A stretch of DNA of 63,803 bases, the filler included, from Nemertoderma westbladi (lineage: Eukaryota > Animalia > Xenacoelomorpha), in assembly GCA_032718475.1 (NCBI GenBank). It is 3 parts of 3 records of this genome, joined end to end, with 100 filler letters (N's around TTAATTAATTAA, not from the genome) between each part and the next. Parts side by side here need not be neighbours in the genome. Positions count along the whole stretch, not along the records: positions 1 to 29,752 come from JAUCBJ010001328.1; 2 more parts are not named here. One strand, 5' to 3'. The notes below the pieces were generated by a model that made no database searches, was not told the DNA's origin, and saw only the letters and a program-made list of their open reading frames with translations. A program made the position numbers and the translations under genes. Below, one piece after another: positions 12,550 through 23,795 of the stretch (position 1 is its first letter; the number at the start of each line of letters is the position of its first letter).

Positions 12550-13730
12550 TTTGTTATGGAAGACTGGCTAAGAAGTTTCCTAAGGTGGTTCTGATTGTGT
12601 GCTACTCTCCAACTATTGTTGCCCCTGTAGAGGAGATGGAAAATTTCTACCACAATCTACAAGCAGCTACTGATGGAGTGGATCAGCATGCATTCTTAAC
12701 ATTCCTGGGAGACTTTAATGCAAGTCTGCATCAATCACCTACATCGCCCTGGGTCTATAGCAATAGTGTCAACGGAAATTCCGTCCATCTTCAGGATTTT
12801 ATCTCTGGAAATGGATTGTTTTCGGCTGGAACCCAGTTCAAGAAGCGAACTGGAAAGCTAGGGACTCATAGTGTACCCAGTGGTCACAAGTCCCCGATAG
12901 ACCATGTTCTGTTTCGTAGGAAATACTGAGGCGGCAGATCACTGCGGGGGATCAATGGTTGGAAGGCCCCACTTTGAAAAGCTCCTCAATAATGACAGGG
13001 TAGGCCTATTGCCCGATAATTTTATAGAAGCAAAAGTGTCTGAGTCTGTACTCCCAGATATTCCCATTGGTGATATCTCCTTTGCTGAAGTTAAAGCTGC
13101 TGTAAAGAGCATTAAGACCAATCGTGCCAGTGGAGTAGATGGTGTTCCCCCGGGGTCTTTAAAATATCTGAGTTTAAAGCTCATTTATCCTATCATAGTA
13201 GACATGTACAGAACGACAAGAGAGCCACAAGAACTGAAAACAAATAAGTTGGTGCCAGTTCCCAAGAAGGGCAACCTAACACTCTATGTTTCTTTTCGGA
13301 GAACCCCATTGATCTCGATTGCTGCACAGCTATACAATATAATTAGATTAAATCGCATCAGGGATCCCATTGAGAGACTGCTCCGTGGAAATCAAAATGG
13401 GTTCCGCAAAGGTCGTGGGACCATTGAGCCCATTTTGGCACTTAGAAGGATAATTGAAGAGTTATCAAAAAAGAAAGACAGGCATCTGGCTGTTATCTTT
13501 GTTGACTTCTTCAAGGCCTTTGATTCAGTCTCTCGCTCACGTATGTTCAGCATACTCTCATTATATGGACTTCCTGATTAAATTTTTGCACCAATCAGAT
13601 CACTATATACGATGGTTCGACAACATTTGTGTCTACTGTTGACGGTGACACAGAACCATTCGAAGTGTTATGGGGAGTCCTCTAAGGAGACACACTTTCA
13701 CCATTCTTGTTCATAATTGTGGTTGACTAA
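12550..13730 (+). mobile_element. RTE-clade LINE, degraded internal copy (EN and RT parts with a deletion)
   Basis: CYSPT, GDFNA, IDHVL, QNGFRKGR, FVDFFKAFDS; high identity to the neighbouring copies. Confidence 0.9.
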
Positions 13731-13740
13731 GCACGATGCA

Positions 13741-16700
13741 ACTACTACTACTAGGATCGGCATGCTGCATTGCAGCTGCATTTCAAAAATGCTGTGCCGG
13801 CTTGTCGACAAAATTGCGCCGCCACAACCCCCTATCACCCATGACATGTACTAGATCATCCGCATCTTCAAGGCCAGTGTCCTTTAAGATGCATCTCAAG
13901 AAAGTCATGGGCTGTCCACCATGCTTATTCACTCCGTGAGGCTGCCAAAGCACAAGATTATGGACTGGCTGGTCCTCACGGCGAAAGCAATGTCCTGCAA
14001 AGCGGATGCGGCTTTGTACTAGTGTCAAGCTTGGGGGAACCAATGAGACACCTCCAATGTTATATAGTGTCTGATTGGATATGTGTGCATTGTACTTGTC
14101 ACAGTGAACCAGGCGTAGCATTCTTGTGAATGTTCCATCCAGAGATTTGGTGTCCTCAGCAGTTAGAGCCCAGCATGGACTCCCATAGAGGAGTACTGGA
14201 ACTACTGCTGCTCTAAATAATCGGACCTTAAGTTTCCGATAAATTCTATGTGACTTCCAAATCCTGGAAAGCCTATTCAAGGCTGCCCATGCCTTTCCCT
14301 TACGTATTCGAAGGTCCTCCACCTGATTTCCGGATCCATGATCCCAGGTAACAGAAGTCGTCCACATGCTCAAGCATACCATCCTTTGAGCTTATGCTCA
14401 TCCGGTCAGAGACTTGCTGAGGACTTTCAAAGTTAACTGTCAAAATTTTGGTCTTTCTGGAGTTAATAAAAAGACCAACACTAGAAGCAGCCTGTTCTAA
14501 TGAGCTGAGGTGCCGTTGGGCTCCCTCTAGTGATTCTGAGAGTACTCCTAAGTCATCAGCAAAGTCTAGATCGGTTAGGTACTTGGCAGGATTTCCTCGA
14601 CTTCTGGAGCCAGTAGGTGGAGTTACCATCACCCCATCATCATTATGATGATCTAAGGACATGCGTAGAACATAGTCAACCACAATTATGAACAAGAATG
14701 GCGCAAGTGTGTCTCCCTGGAGGACTCCCCATAACACTTCAAATGGTTCTGTGTCACCGTCAACAGTAGACACAAATGTTGTCGAACCATCGTATACTGA
14801 TCTGATTGCTGCAATAATTTCATCAGGAATCCCATATAATGAAAGTATGCTGAACATACGTGAGCGAGAGACTGAATCAAAGGCCTTGAAGAAGTCAACA
14901 AAGATAACAGCCAGATGCCTGTCTTTCTTTTTTGATAACTCTTCAATTATCCTTCTAAGTGCCAAAATGGGCTCCATGGTCCCACGACCTTTACGGAACC
15001 CATTCTGATTTCCACGGAGCAGTCTCTCAATGGGATCCCTGATGCGATTTAATATAATTATATTGTATAGCTTTGCAGCAATCGAGATCAATGAGATTCC
15101 CCGAAAAGAACCATAGAGTGTTAGGTTGCCCTTCTTGGGATCTGGCACCAACTTATTTGTTTTCATTTCTTGTGGGACTCTTGTTGTTCTGTACATGTCT
15201 ACTATGATGGGATAGATGAGCTTTAAACACTCATGTATTTTAAAGACCTCAGGGGGGACACCATCTACTCCACTGTCACGATTGGCCTTAATGCTCTTTG
15301 CAGCAGCCTTAACTTCTGCAAATGAGATATCGCCAATGGGAATATCTGGGAGTACAGACTCAGACACTTTTACTTCTATAAAGTTATCGGGCAATACCCT
15401 GTCCTTATTGAGGAGCTTTTCAAAGTGGGCCTTCCAACCATTGAGGCGATCGGCTGGTGATTCTGCCTTAACCTTGGTGGTTGGTTGGCTTTTCCGCCCA
15501 GTAAGCAAGTTGATCGATTTCCATGCCTGGGATGATTGCCTGCTGTCGTCGGCATCATTGATGGCATCAACCTGTTGGTTTATTAGCTCCTGTAGATTAA
15601 CAGAGTACTGCCTGTTCAGGGACCTAGATGCAGCCTTAACTGCATTCTTGGCTGCTGTATTGTGGTTGAGTCGGACTCTTTCTGCGCCTTATAGAGGTCA
15701 TTTCGGCACTTCTGAATTTTGTTGTCAGTCCAGGGGGCCCTTTTCCTGTTTCGAGGGTATACAGGAACTGTTTCTGCAGCTGCTAACTTAACTGCTTCTG
15801 TGAAGGCAGTATAGCCCTCGCAGTGATCTGCTGCCTCAGAGGCAAGAACCTCATACCTGTTGCTCAGCTGTAGTGTGAAGCTGGATCTCACACTTGGCTG
15901 TTGCAACAGAGAGGACCAGTCATGCCGCGGCAAGGCAGATTTCGTTGTTCTGCTAGCACGCAGACTAAGTCTTACCTTGGCCACAATAAGGCGGTGATCA
16001 CTGGAGAAGGGTCGAAGTGTAAATGCATTACAGTCTTGTATATAGAGCTCATGTATTTTCTACGAAACAGAATATGGTCTATCTGGGACTTGTGACCACT
16101 GGGTCCACTATGAGTCCATAGCTTTCCAGTTCGCTTCTTGAACTGGGTTCCAGATGAATACAGTCCATTCCCAGAGATGAAATCCTGAAGATGGACGGAA
16201 TTTCGGTTAACACTATCGCTATAGACCCAGGGCGATGTAGGTGATTGATGCAGACTTGCATTAAAGTCTTCCAGGAATGTTAAGAATGCATGCTGATCCA
16301 CTCCATCAGTTGCTGCTTGTAGATTATGGTAGAAATTTTCCACCTCCTCTACAGGGGCAACACTAGTTGGAGAATAGCACACAATCAGAACCACCTTAGG
16401 AAACTTCTTAAGCAGTCTTCCAGAACATGAGAAGTGGCAACGGATGATGCGGTTAGAGATTTGGTCTATTTTGTCCAATGCTGCATGTGCAGTTGGATTC
16501 ATCAATAGACCAATTCCACCATTGCCACTATCATCTGCTGATGCGAGGGCGAGTCGCCAACCACCCCCATTTCCTTAATCAGAACCTCATCAGTCTGTCC
16601 AGTCTGCATTCGGTGCCCTTGAATACCCACTGCGCTAAGAGAAAGCTTATCTGCCAAGGCAGTCGGCTCACCTTGTCGCATTGGGGACCCGAGTGTTAGG

Positions 16701-17109
16701 GTGTTAACTGAGGCTAGTCTAGTGACTTGCATCAGATTCACCAATGACTTGGTTGGTCGGGGTGGAACATGAGAGTAGCCTCCAACTCCAGAATCCCTCC
16801 CCCCCTCACAATCTGGCCTCCCTGGTGACCCAGGGTTTGGGCCAGAAAGGTCATCAGGAAAGGGACTCACAGAATTGTCGGCCACTCTCTCTCTCTCTCC
16901 AGTAGGGGGTAAGACAGGCAGCCGGTCAGGAGATAACTGACGCCTGTGAGGCCGATTGTGTCCAGTCATTCCACTGGCCTCTAGTGGCTGGACCTCCGCA
17001 TTACTAATGTAATCCATAGTGGGGGTTGGGGGGTGCTTTTTTGCCGAGTCAGCTCTCGGGGCAAATACCACGCCCTGGTTTACCAGGGCGTTAAGTTAGG
17101 TTAAGTTAA
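13741..17109 (-). mobile_element. Near full-length RTE-clade LINE (5' UTR, EN, RT, 3' UTR, (TAG)n tail) with a few frameshifts
   Basis: EN motifs; RT motifs GVLQGDTLAP, LDFADD, FCYLGS; C-terminal RIRFAGHC; ACTACTACTA tail at ~13741-13753; hairpin and (CTTAA)n-like repeat at the 5' end. Confidence 0.92.
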
Positions 17110-19166
17110 GCAGTTAAGTTAGCAGCTGCAGAAACAGTTCCTGTATACCCTCGAAACAGGAAAAGGGCCCCCTGGACTGACAACAAAATTCAGAAGTGCC
17201 GAAATGACCTTCATAAGGCGCAGAAAGAGTCCCGACTCAAACAGACTACAGCGGCCAAGAATGCAGTTAAGGCTGCATCTAGGTCCCTGAACAGGCAGTA
17301 CTCTGTTAATCTACAGGAGCTAATAAACCAACAGGTTGATGCCATCAATGATGCTGACGACAGCAGGCAATCATCCCAGGCATGGAAATCAATCAATCTG
17401 CTTACTGGGCGGAAAAGCCAACCAACCACCAAGGTTAAGGCTGAATCACCAGCCGATCGCCTCAATGGTTGGAAAGCCCATTTTGAAAAGCTCCTCAATA
17501 ATGACAGGGTATTGCCTGATAACTTTATAGAAGTAAAAGTGTCTGAGTCTGTACTCCCAGATATTCCCATTGGCGATATCTCCTTTGCAGAAGTGAAGGC
17601 TGCTGCAAAGAGCATTAAGACCAATCGTGCCAGTGGAGTAGATGGTGTTCCCCCTGAGGTCTTTAAAATACCTGAGTGTTTAAAGCTCATCTATCCCATC
17701 ATAGTAGACATGTACCGAACAACAAGAGTCCCACAAGAAATGAAAACAAATAAGTTGGTGCCAGTTCCCAAGAAGGGCAACCTAACACTCTATGGTTCTT
17801 TTCGGGGAATCTCATTGATCTCGATTGCTGCAAAGCTATACAATAGGATTCTATTAAATCGCATCAGGGATCCCATTGAGAGACTGCTCCGTGGAAATCA
17901 GAATGGGTTCCGTAAAGGTCGTGGGACCATGGAGCCCATTTTGGCACTTAGAAGGATAATTGAAGAATTATCAAAAAAGAAAGACCGGCATCTGGCTGTT
18001 ATCTTTGTTGACTTCTTCAAGGCCTTTGATTCAGTCTCTCGCTCACGTATGTTCAGCATACTTTCATTATATGGGATTCCTGATGAAATTATTGCAGCAA
18101 TCAGATCAGTATACGATGGTTCGACAACATTTGTGTCTACTGTTGACGGTGACACAGAACCATTTGAAGTGTTATGGGGCGTCCTCCAAGGAGACACACT
18201 TGCACCATTCTTGTTCATTATTGTGGTTGACTATGTTCTACGCATGTCCTTAGATCATCATAATGATGATGGGGTGATGATAACTCCACCTACTGGCTCC
18301 AGAAGTCGAGGAAATCCTGCCAAGTACCTAACTGATCTAGACTTTGCTGATGACTTAGGAGTACTCTCAGAGTCATTGGAGGGAGCCCAGCGGCTCCTCG
18401 GCTCGTTGGAACATGCTGCTTCTAGTGTTGGTCTTTTTATTAACTCCAGAAAGACCAAAATTCTGACCGTTAACTTTGAAAGTCCTCAGCAAGTCTCTGA
18501 TCGGATGAGCATAAGCTCAAAGGATGGTATGCTTGAGCATGTGGACGACTTCTGTTACCTGGGATCATGGATCCGGAAGTCAGGTGAGGACCTTCGAATA
18601 CGTAAGGGAAAGGCATGGGCAGCCTTGAATAGGCTTTCCAAGATTTGGAAATCACCGAGAATTAATCGGAAACTTAAGGTCCGATTATTTAGAGCAGCAG
18701 TAGTTCCAGTACTCCTCTACGGGAGTCCATACTGGGCTCTAACTGCTGATGACACCAAATCTCTGGATGGCACATTCACAAGAATGCTACGCCGGGTTCA
18801 TTGTGTCAAGTACAATGCACACATCTCCAACCAGACACTATATAACATTGAAGGTGTCTCATTGGTTCCCCCAAGCTTGACACTAGAACAAAATCGCCTC
18901 CGCTTTGCAGGACATTGCTTTCGCCGTGAGGACCAGCCAGTGCATAATCTTGTACTTTGGCAGCCTCATGGAGTGAATAAGCATGGTGGACAGCCCATGA
19001 CTTTCTTGAGACGCATCTTAAAGGACACTGGCCTTAAAGATGCGGATGATCTAGCAAATGTCATGGGTGATAGGGAGTTGTGGCGGTGCAATTTTGTTGA
19101 CAAGCCGGCACAGCATTCTTAAAAATGCAGCTGCAATGCAGCATGCCGATCCTAGTAGTAGTAGTA
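17110..19166 (+). mobile_element. 5'-truncated RTE LINE copy with an uninterrupted RT reading frame (17110-19122) and (TAG)n tail
   Basis: The frame is open from AVKLAAAETVP at 17110 through the 536-aa ORF to TAA at 19122. Tail CCTAGTAGTAGTAGTA. Confidence 0.92.
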
Positions 19167-19582
19167 CCATTCCACAGGGTATGGTGTTGCAGTGGAGTCA
19201 GATATGAGGCCCATCACCCATACCTACTCTGGCGCACATGACCCACCATTGGCTGTTGCAGCTCATCTGCTGGGTCATGCCCTGTACCCCTGCTGCCAGG
19301 TGCAGGTCGCAGTGAAGTGCACTCAGAGTGGACATGAGAACACTCTACTCCTAAACAGCCATTGGTAGATCACCATCTGCCTGGCCAGGCCATATACCCC
19401 TGCAGCCAAGTATATGGGTCCTTAATCCAGGACCAATATCCCAGAACGAAGGGGGTCCTAATTATAGGACCAGATTTGCCCTAGTAAGAGTGTCTATGCA
19501 GCCACAGGTGGCACCTCCTTTATGCTGCATGGAGGTGGCAAGTTTTCTTGATCAATGACCTAGAAAACCTGACCTGACCTAT
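19167..19582. other. GC-richer, hairpin-dense non-coding segment; possibly the 5' UTR of a sister RTE family on the - strand, or a SINE
   Basis: Many short inverted repeats and a potential pseudoknot. Ends in a hairpin plus (ACCTG)n, the same layout as the RTE 5' end at 17070-17110. Confidence 0.45.
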
Positions 19583-20068
19583 GCACACTGCAAACTGTCT
19601 CACCAAGATACATAATAGCCACCTTGATAGGATCTCATACTTTCAACTCCAATCCCTCTAAACCAGACGTCTAATTTTCAATTTACGTATGGTGTACAAC
19701 ATCTGGAATGGTAAATTAGTACTAGAATTTTGTGACTTTTTCCAGTTCAAAGTTTGTAATTATAATTATGATAATATTAGTGTTAATTTTTAATTTCTTT
19801 TATCTTTTAAATATTTTTAGACATAGTCAGCACCCGATTACTTTCTGCCAACAGTAAGCCAACTATGCCTTGTTGGTTTCTCCCTCCACTATATTTTTCT
19901 GCCTAATTACAGTGTGTTACTTTTTTATTACAGTATTATTGAATTAATTTTATATTTTATGATTTTGAGTTCAAATACAATACAATACAATACTAAATCC
20001 ACCACCATTCACATGTAAGTAGTATACCGGTACTCATGCGAACATAATTAATTTAAAATAATATTTAT

Positions 20069-20601
20069 TTAGTTGCACATGTCTTTATCGTCACAGCAAA
20101 TTAATTCGCAATCCGCGGTATCCGCACACAGCAATGGTTCTGCTTTGTCGCAATATTGTCGGTAATCTGGCAGGATTCCCGCCATTCCCACTACGCCGTC
20201 ATAAACTGTTTTTTCTCCTTTTTTCAAACTCTGCGAAAAAAAATATACATTTTAGTGCCTAAAGTATTATATTATGATTTTATCACAGAATTTACTTAAA
20301 TGTAAATTAATAACATGTTCTTTACCATTCTTTAACAACAGATTTCCGACCCGGACAATTCCGACATATCAAAGTTAAAGTAGGAAATTTATTTTGTTAT
20401 ATTTGGCTCACTCTTCTCTTGTGGCATCTACTGTATGTGTACCGTTACTACCGTTTTATGAAAACGACATGGTACTGTACATACCCAGCAAAAATCGCAA
20501 AGATCTCCTCTATCTTTGACATCTCCATCCGACATTGTCCTTTTGCAACGCAAACTGAATCCAACTACAACAAATGACGCAAATACCAACAATTTCAACA
20601 T
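20069..20601 (-). CDS. Small secreted three-finger (Ly6/uPAR, LU-domain)-like protein, 92 aa, 2 exons (20601-20485, 20230-20069)
   Basis: Exon 1 MLKLLVFASFVVVGFS-LRCKRTMSDGDVKDRGDLCDFCW. Phase-0 intron GTATGT...TTTTCGCAG. Exon 2 SLKKGEKTVYDGVVGMAGILPDYRQYCDKAEPLLCADTADCELICCDDKDMCN*. AATAAA overlaps the stop codon. Confidence 0.75.
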
Positions 20602-20754
20602 TTTTGACAGAAGCGTTATGTATATTATTAACAAAAATATTTAAAAACAAAATAATTTGTTATAATATAAAACTTGGAATAAAACTCGATTTAGGGGGTG
20701 GAGTCGATGATTTTGAAATAGGCCTACTGTATCTTAGTTAAATCGGCTTTTTTA

Positions 20755-20960
20755 TTGGGAGAGGCAGGAGGCGCAGTTGGTTGAGTGCTTTTACTACAGT
20801 ACTACACTACTACTACTATTGGCAGAGGCAGGAGGCTCAGTTGGTTGAGTGCTTTTACTACAATACTACACTACTACTACTATTGGCATGCTACATTGCA
20901 GCTGCATTATATAAGCATGTATATGCTGTTCCGGCTTTTCGACAAAATGCGCCGCCACAA
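20755..20960 (-). mobile_element. Old RTE 3'-end remnant with a ~63-bp local duplication at its (TAG)n tail
   Basis: CTACTACTAT TGGCATGCTACATTGCAGCTGCA..GACAAAATGCGCCGCCACAA matches the RTE 3' end. AGAGGCAGGAGGC.CAGTTGGTTGAGTGCTTTTACTAC occurs twice. Confidence 0.65.
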
Positions 20961-21547
20961 TCTCGTAGCAGCTTTCCGGTCGCCTCCGGCTTCGGGCGAC
21001 TGTTTGTTTGCTTTTTTAAATCAGAGTTTCACTCGTTCCCGCAATAATTGTTTTGCATCGCGGTTTTATTATTTATGTAATAAGCCTTTCTATTAAAAAC
21101 ATAGTCAATCGGACGCGTCACGCCTCCAAATTATAACATACTGTAGGATCCTATGAGAGCAGAACCGACGTCCGTGTATCACGCGGAAGAGTCAAAATAG
21201 TCATAGGTCTCGGATCTATTTAACGGAGCCGTCAAAATTATGAAGTCTGTGAAGGTTTCCTCAACAGAAGCGGATGCTTCTGGGAGCACTTTATGTACCG
21301 CTTTAAAAATCGCTTTAAATACTGTATAAAGAATATTGCTTTAAAAATATTATAGGAGCTTGTAATGTATAGGCCATCATCAATGCTGTAATATGCGCCG
21401 CCACGCGGTCAGACGGTAGACAATCTGATGTAGCATGGTAGGGGCCTCAGTAGCCTAAACTGCTTACTGCGGGATGACGAGTACTCAAGTAACGGAATGA
21501 ATTCATGTCAGACCTAATGAACAAGCCTAGAACTCACACTGTAGTAC

Positions 21548-21575
21548 CATGGCCTACTATATATAGTAGGCCATG
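21548..21575. mobile_element. 28-bp perfect palindrome with a 7-bp TSD; probable P-superfamily excision footprint or micro-element
   Basis: GTAGTAC | CATGGCCTACTATATATAGTAGGCCATG | GTAGTAC. Confidence 0.65.
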
Positions 21576-22229
21576 GTAGTACTAGCCCTTACTGTGACAG
21601 TGAATTTATATTTCGCGAAGGGTTATTTAAATAAACAACAATTATTTGAATTAGAGCCCCTATCTGTTTTGTTTATGAATGCTATCGAACGATGAGAGTG
21701 CGATATGTGCCCCCTATCAGTAAATCGATAGCTTTCAACCACACTTTAAACTTTTCGATAACTTTCGCATAACTTCCGGTAGCTTCCGTTTGCCTCCGGT
21801 AATTGTCCTCTTTCAGAACGGCTAAAAGAGGCGCAAGAACTAGAAATAGCCGCCTTTAACATTTAAAAATTATTGTAAAATAGATTATTATTGCTCGTTC
21901 ACAATTTTGTGTAACAACACAAGACCTTTAGCGAATGAGAATGAGTTAACAGTTCACACGTCATGCGTATATATACAAAATAGAATACAATCACATTATT
22001 GGTCGCAGTGTGTGAGTTTCACAAACTGAAAACACTTACAGACAGTGTGTAAAAGAAACCACATCTTACTGTTCCATACCATATGTTTATTAGATAGCGG
22101 CTGTTACATAGTGGATGCTTTGTAGATTCAATGGTAAGTAGTGATGTAGTGACAAACAATCACGAACTAACCCAGTTAGAGTGTGCATTAGATACCTGCT
22201 GTTACATCTCCACTTTGTCCACTTATCGC

Positions 22230-22390
22230 GGTTTTGTTTTGATGTCAATCGCTGATTATATGGGCACTCAGAATTGGAATGTCATCTCGGAGTCTTTTGC
22301 ATGCCGAGGGCCGACCCATCGCATAATACCGAACGGCTCTGATAATGTCATCGTTCGAATACTTTAAGTCTCCTAACCAAGCCTTTTTCA
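22230..22390 (-). pseudogene. Possible P/THAP9-type transposase remnant
   Basis: Minus strand KYSNDDIIRAVRYYAMGRPSACKRLRDDIP resembles the helical segment preceding the catalytic domain in invertebrate P-like transposases. Short and degenerate. Confidence 0.3.
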
Positions 22391-22775
22391 ATGTACAGAA
22401 ATTACATGAAGTAATGCAAATTTTATTAATATTGTTGTTACATTTTAATTTACTGTAGTATTTGCAAATTCAGAGAGACTTTCCTGTAAACAAAATTAAA
22501 AGATTTTCACAAAACGTAGCAGACACGTGTGAGTATATTGAACGAGTTAACCGTATGTATATACGGTACGGGGAAAAATACTGCAGTAAGACACGTGGAG
22601 TGTGTTGGACAGACCAACTGTATGTACTGTACGAGAGACACGTGTGAGTCTACAGTAAGTGTGTTGAACGAACTATATAACTGAATTGTGCTGAGTATAA
22701 GTGTAGGAAACATTAATAATCGTAAATCATTATCCGAGGCTGCAATCTCTGCGCAATTCGACGTAGAAACAAACT

Positions 22776-23032
22776 TATAGAGTGGCGAAACTACAGTTAA
22801 GTAGTGGTATCACTGATATGTTGGTAGGTATATACTGTATAGAGTGGCGACACTACAGTACAGTAGTGGTATCACTGATATGTTGGTAGGTATATACTGT
22901 ATAGAGTGGCGACACTACAGTACAGTAGTGGTATCACTGATATGTTGGTAGGTATATAGGCCTCCTGTATAGAGTGGCGACACTACAGTACAGTAGTGGT
23001 ATCACTGATATGTTGGTAAGTATATACTGTAT
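22776..23032. repeat. 62-bp tandem repeat, 4 copies
   Basis: TATAGAGTGGCGACACTACAGTACAGTAGTGGTATCACTGATATGTTGGTAGGTATATACTG at 22776, 22838, 22900 and 22968. Confidence 0.9.
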
Positions 23033-23196
23033 GCTATTGTAATAATATTCACCCCATTTTTATGAAGTAGTTTATGTTGCTTGGAGCTAGCCATGTCTGT
23101 CGGCTAGCGTTTTCATGTCTTTTAATAATAGTCTATGACATCACTATGCCAAAATATTTGCAGGATACATGAATAGAAATGATAGTAAGTTTTCAG

Positions 23197-23365
23197 TGCC
23201 TCAATGGTTGGAAGGCCCACACGGAGAAGCTTCTTAACAATGACAGGGTATTTGAGCTTTGACCTGATAGCTTTGAGGTACATCGTGTATCTGAGTCTGT
23301 GCTGCCTATTTGGTGACATCTTCTCCTTTACTGAAATCAAGACTGCAGCGAAGAGCGTTAAGGAG
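23197..23365 (+). mobile_element. Short diverged RTE fragment
   Basis: GCCTCAATGGTTGGAAGGCCCAC..AATGACAGGGTA..TCTGAGTCTGT matches 17459-17620. Confidence 0.7.
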
Positions 23366-23795
23366 ATTTACATTTTTTAGGATGGAAAAATGCAAAAACC
23401 GTATTTTCTTCGTTTCTTTGTCTTCGACGTTCTTCGCTTCTCTTCGGGAGCGATTCAGCAAAACTTCTGAGGAACTTGGAATGGAACTTGGAACTTAAAG
23501 ACTGATTCGAACACAATCGATTTAGACGTGTCTGTTACAAAACCGCGAATAAACTCACCCGATGCCATATCAATATCAACTAATTTTATTGAATATTTCA
23601 TTTTCATTTTTTATGTAGAAACTTTACCAACTTGTAGTACAATACACATTGAATATGTTAGCGATTATTTGCAATCACATAATTATTATACTGTTTGGTT
23701 TTAATGAACAGAGTTAATGTGTCTCTTTAAATTTCTCTATGTGTAAATAACGTATCTCAATAAACGCAGTTAAACTTGTCTCCTTTATGGACTGA

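Noticed and set aside
14448-18655. Numerous short ORFs antisense to or overlapping the RTE RT
   Set aside because: Shadow frames that recur only because the element is repeated.
19490-19582. Canonical HDV-like ribozyme
   Set aside because: P1-like pairing and a TCC loop are present but no P3 3' strand or clear J4/2 could be placed; kept only as an unclassified structure.
20760-20795. tRNA A-box-like GGCGCAGTTGG
   Set aside because: No B box or cloverleaf follows, so it cannot be called a tRNA or SINE.
22776-23032. Possible repeat-spacer array
   Set aside because: Whole 62-bp units are repeated with no variable spacers; an ordinary minisatellite.
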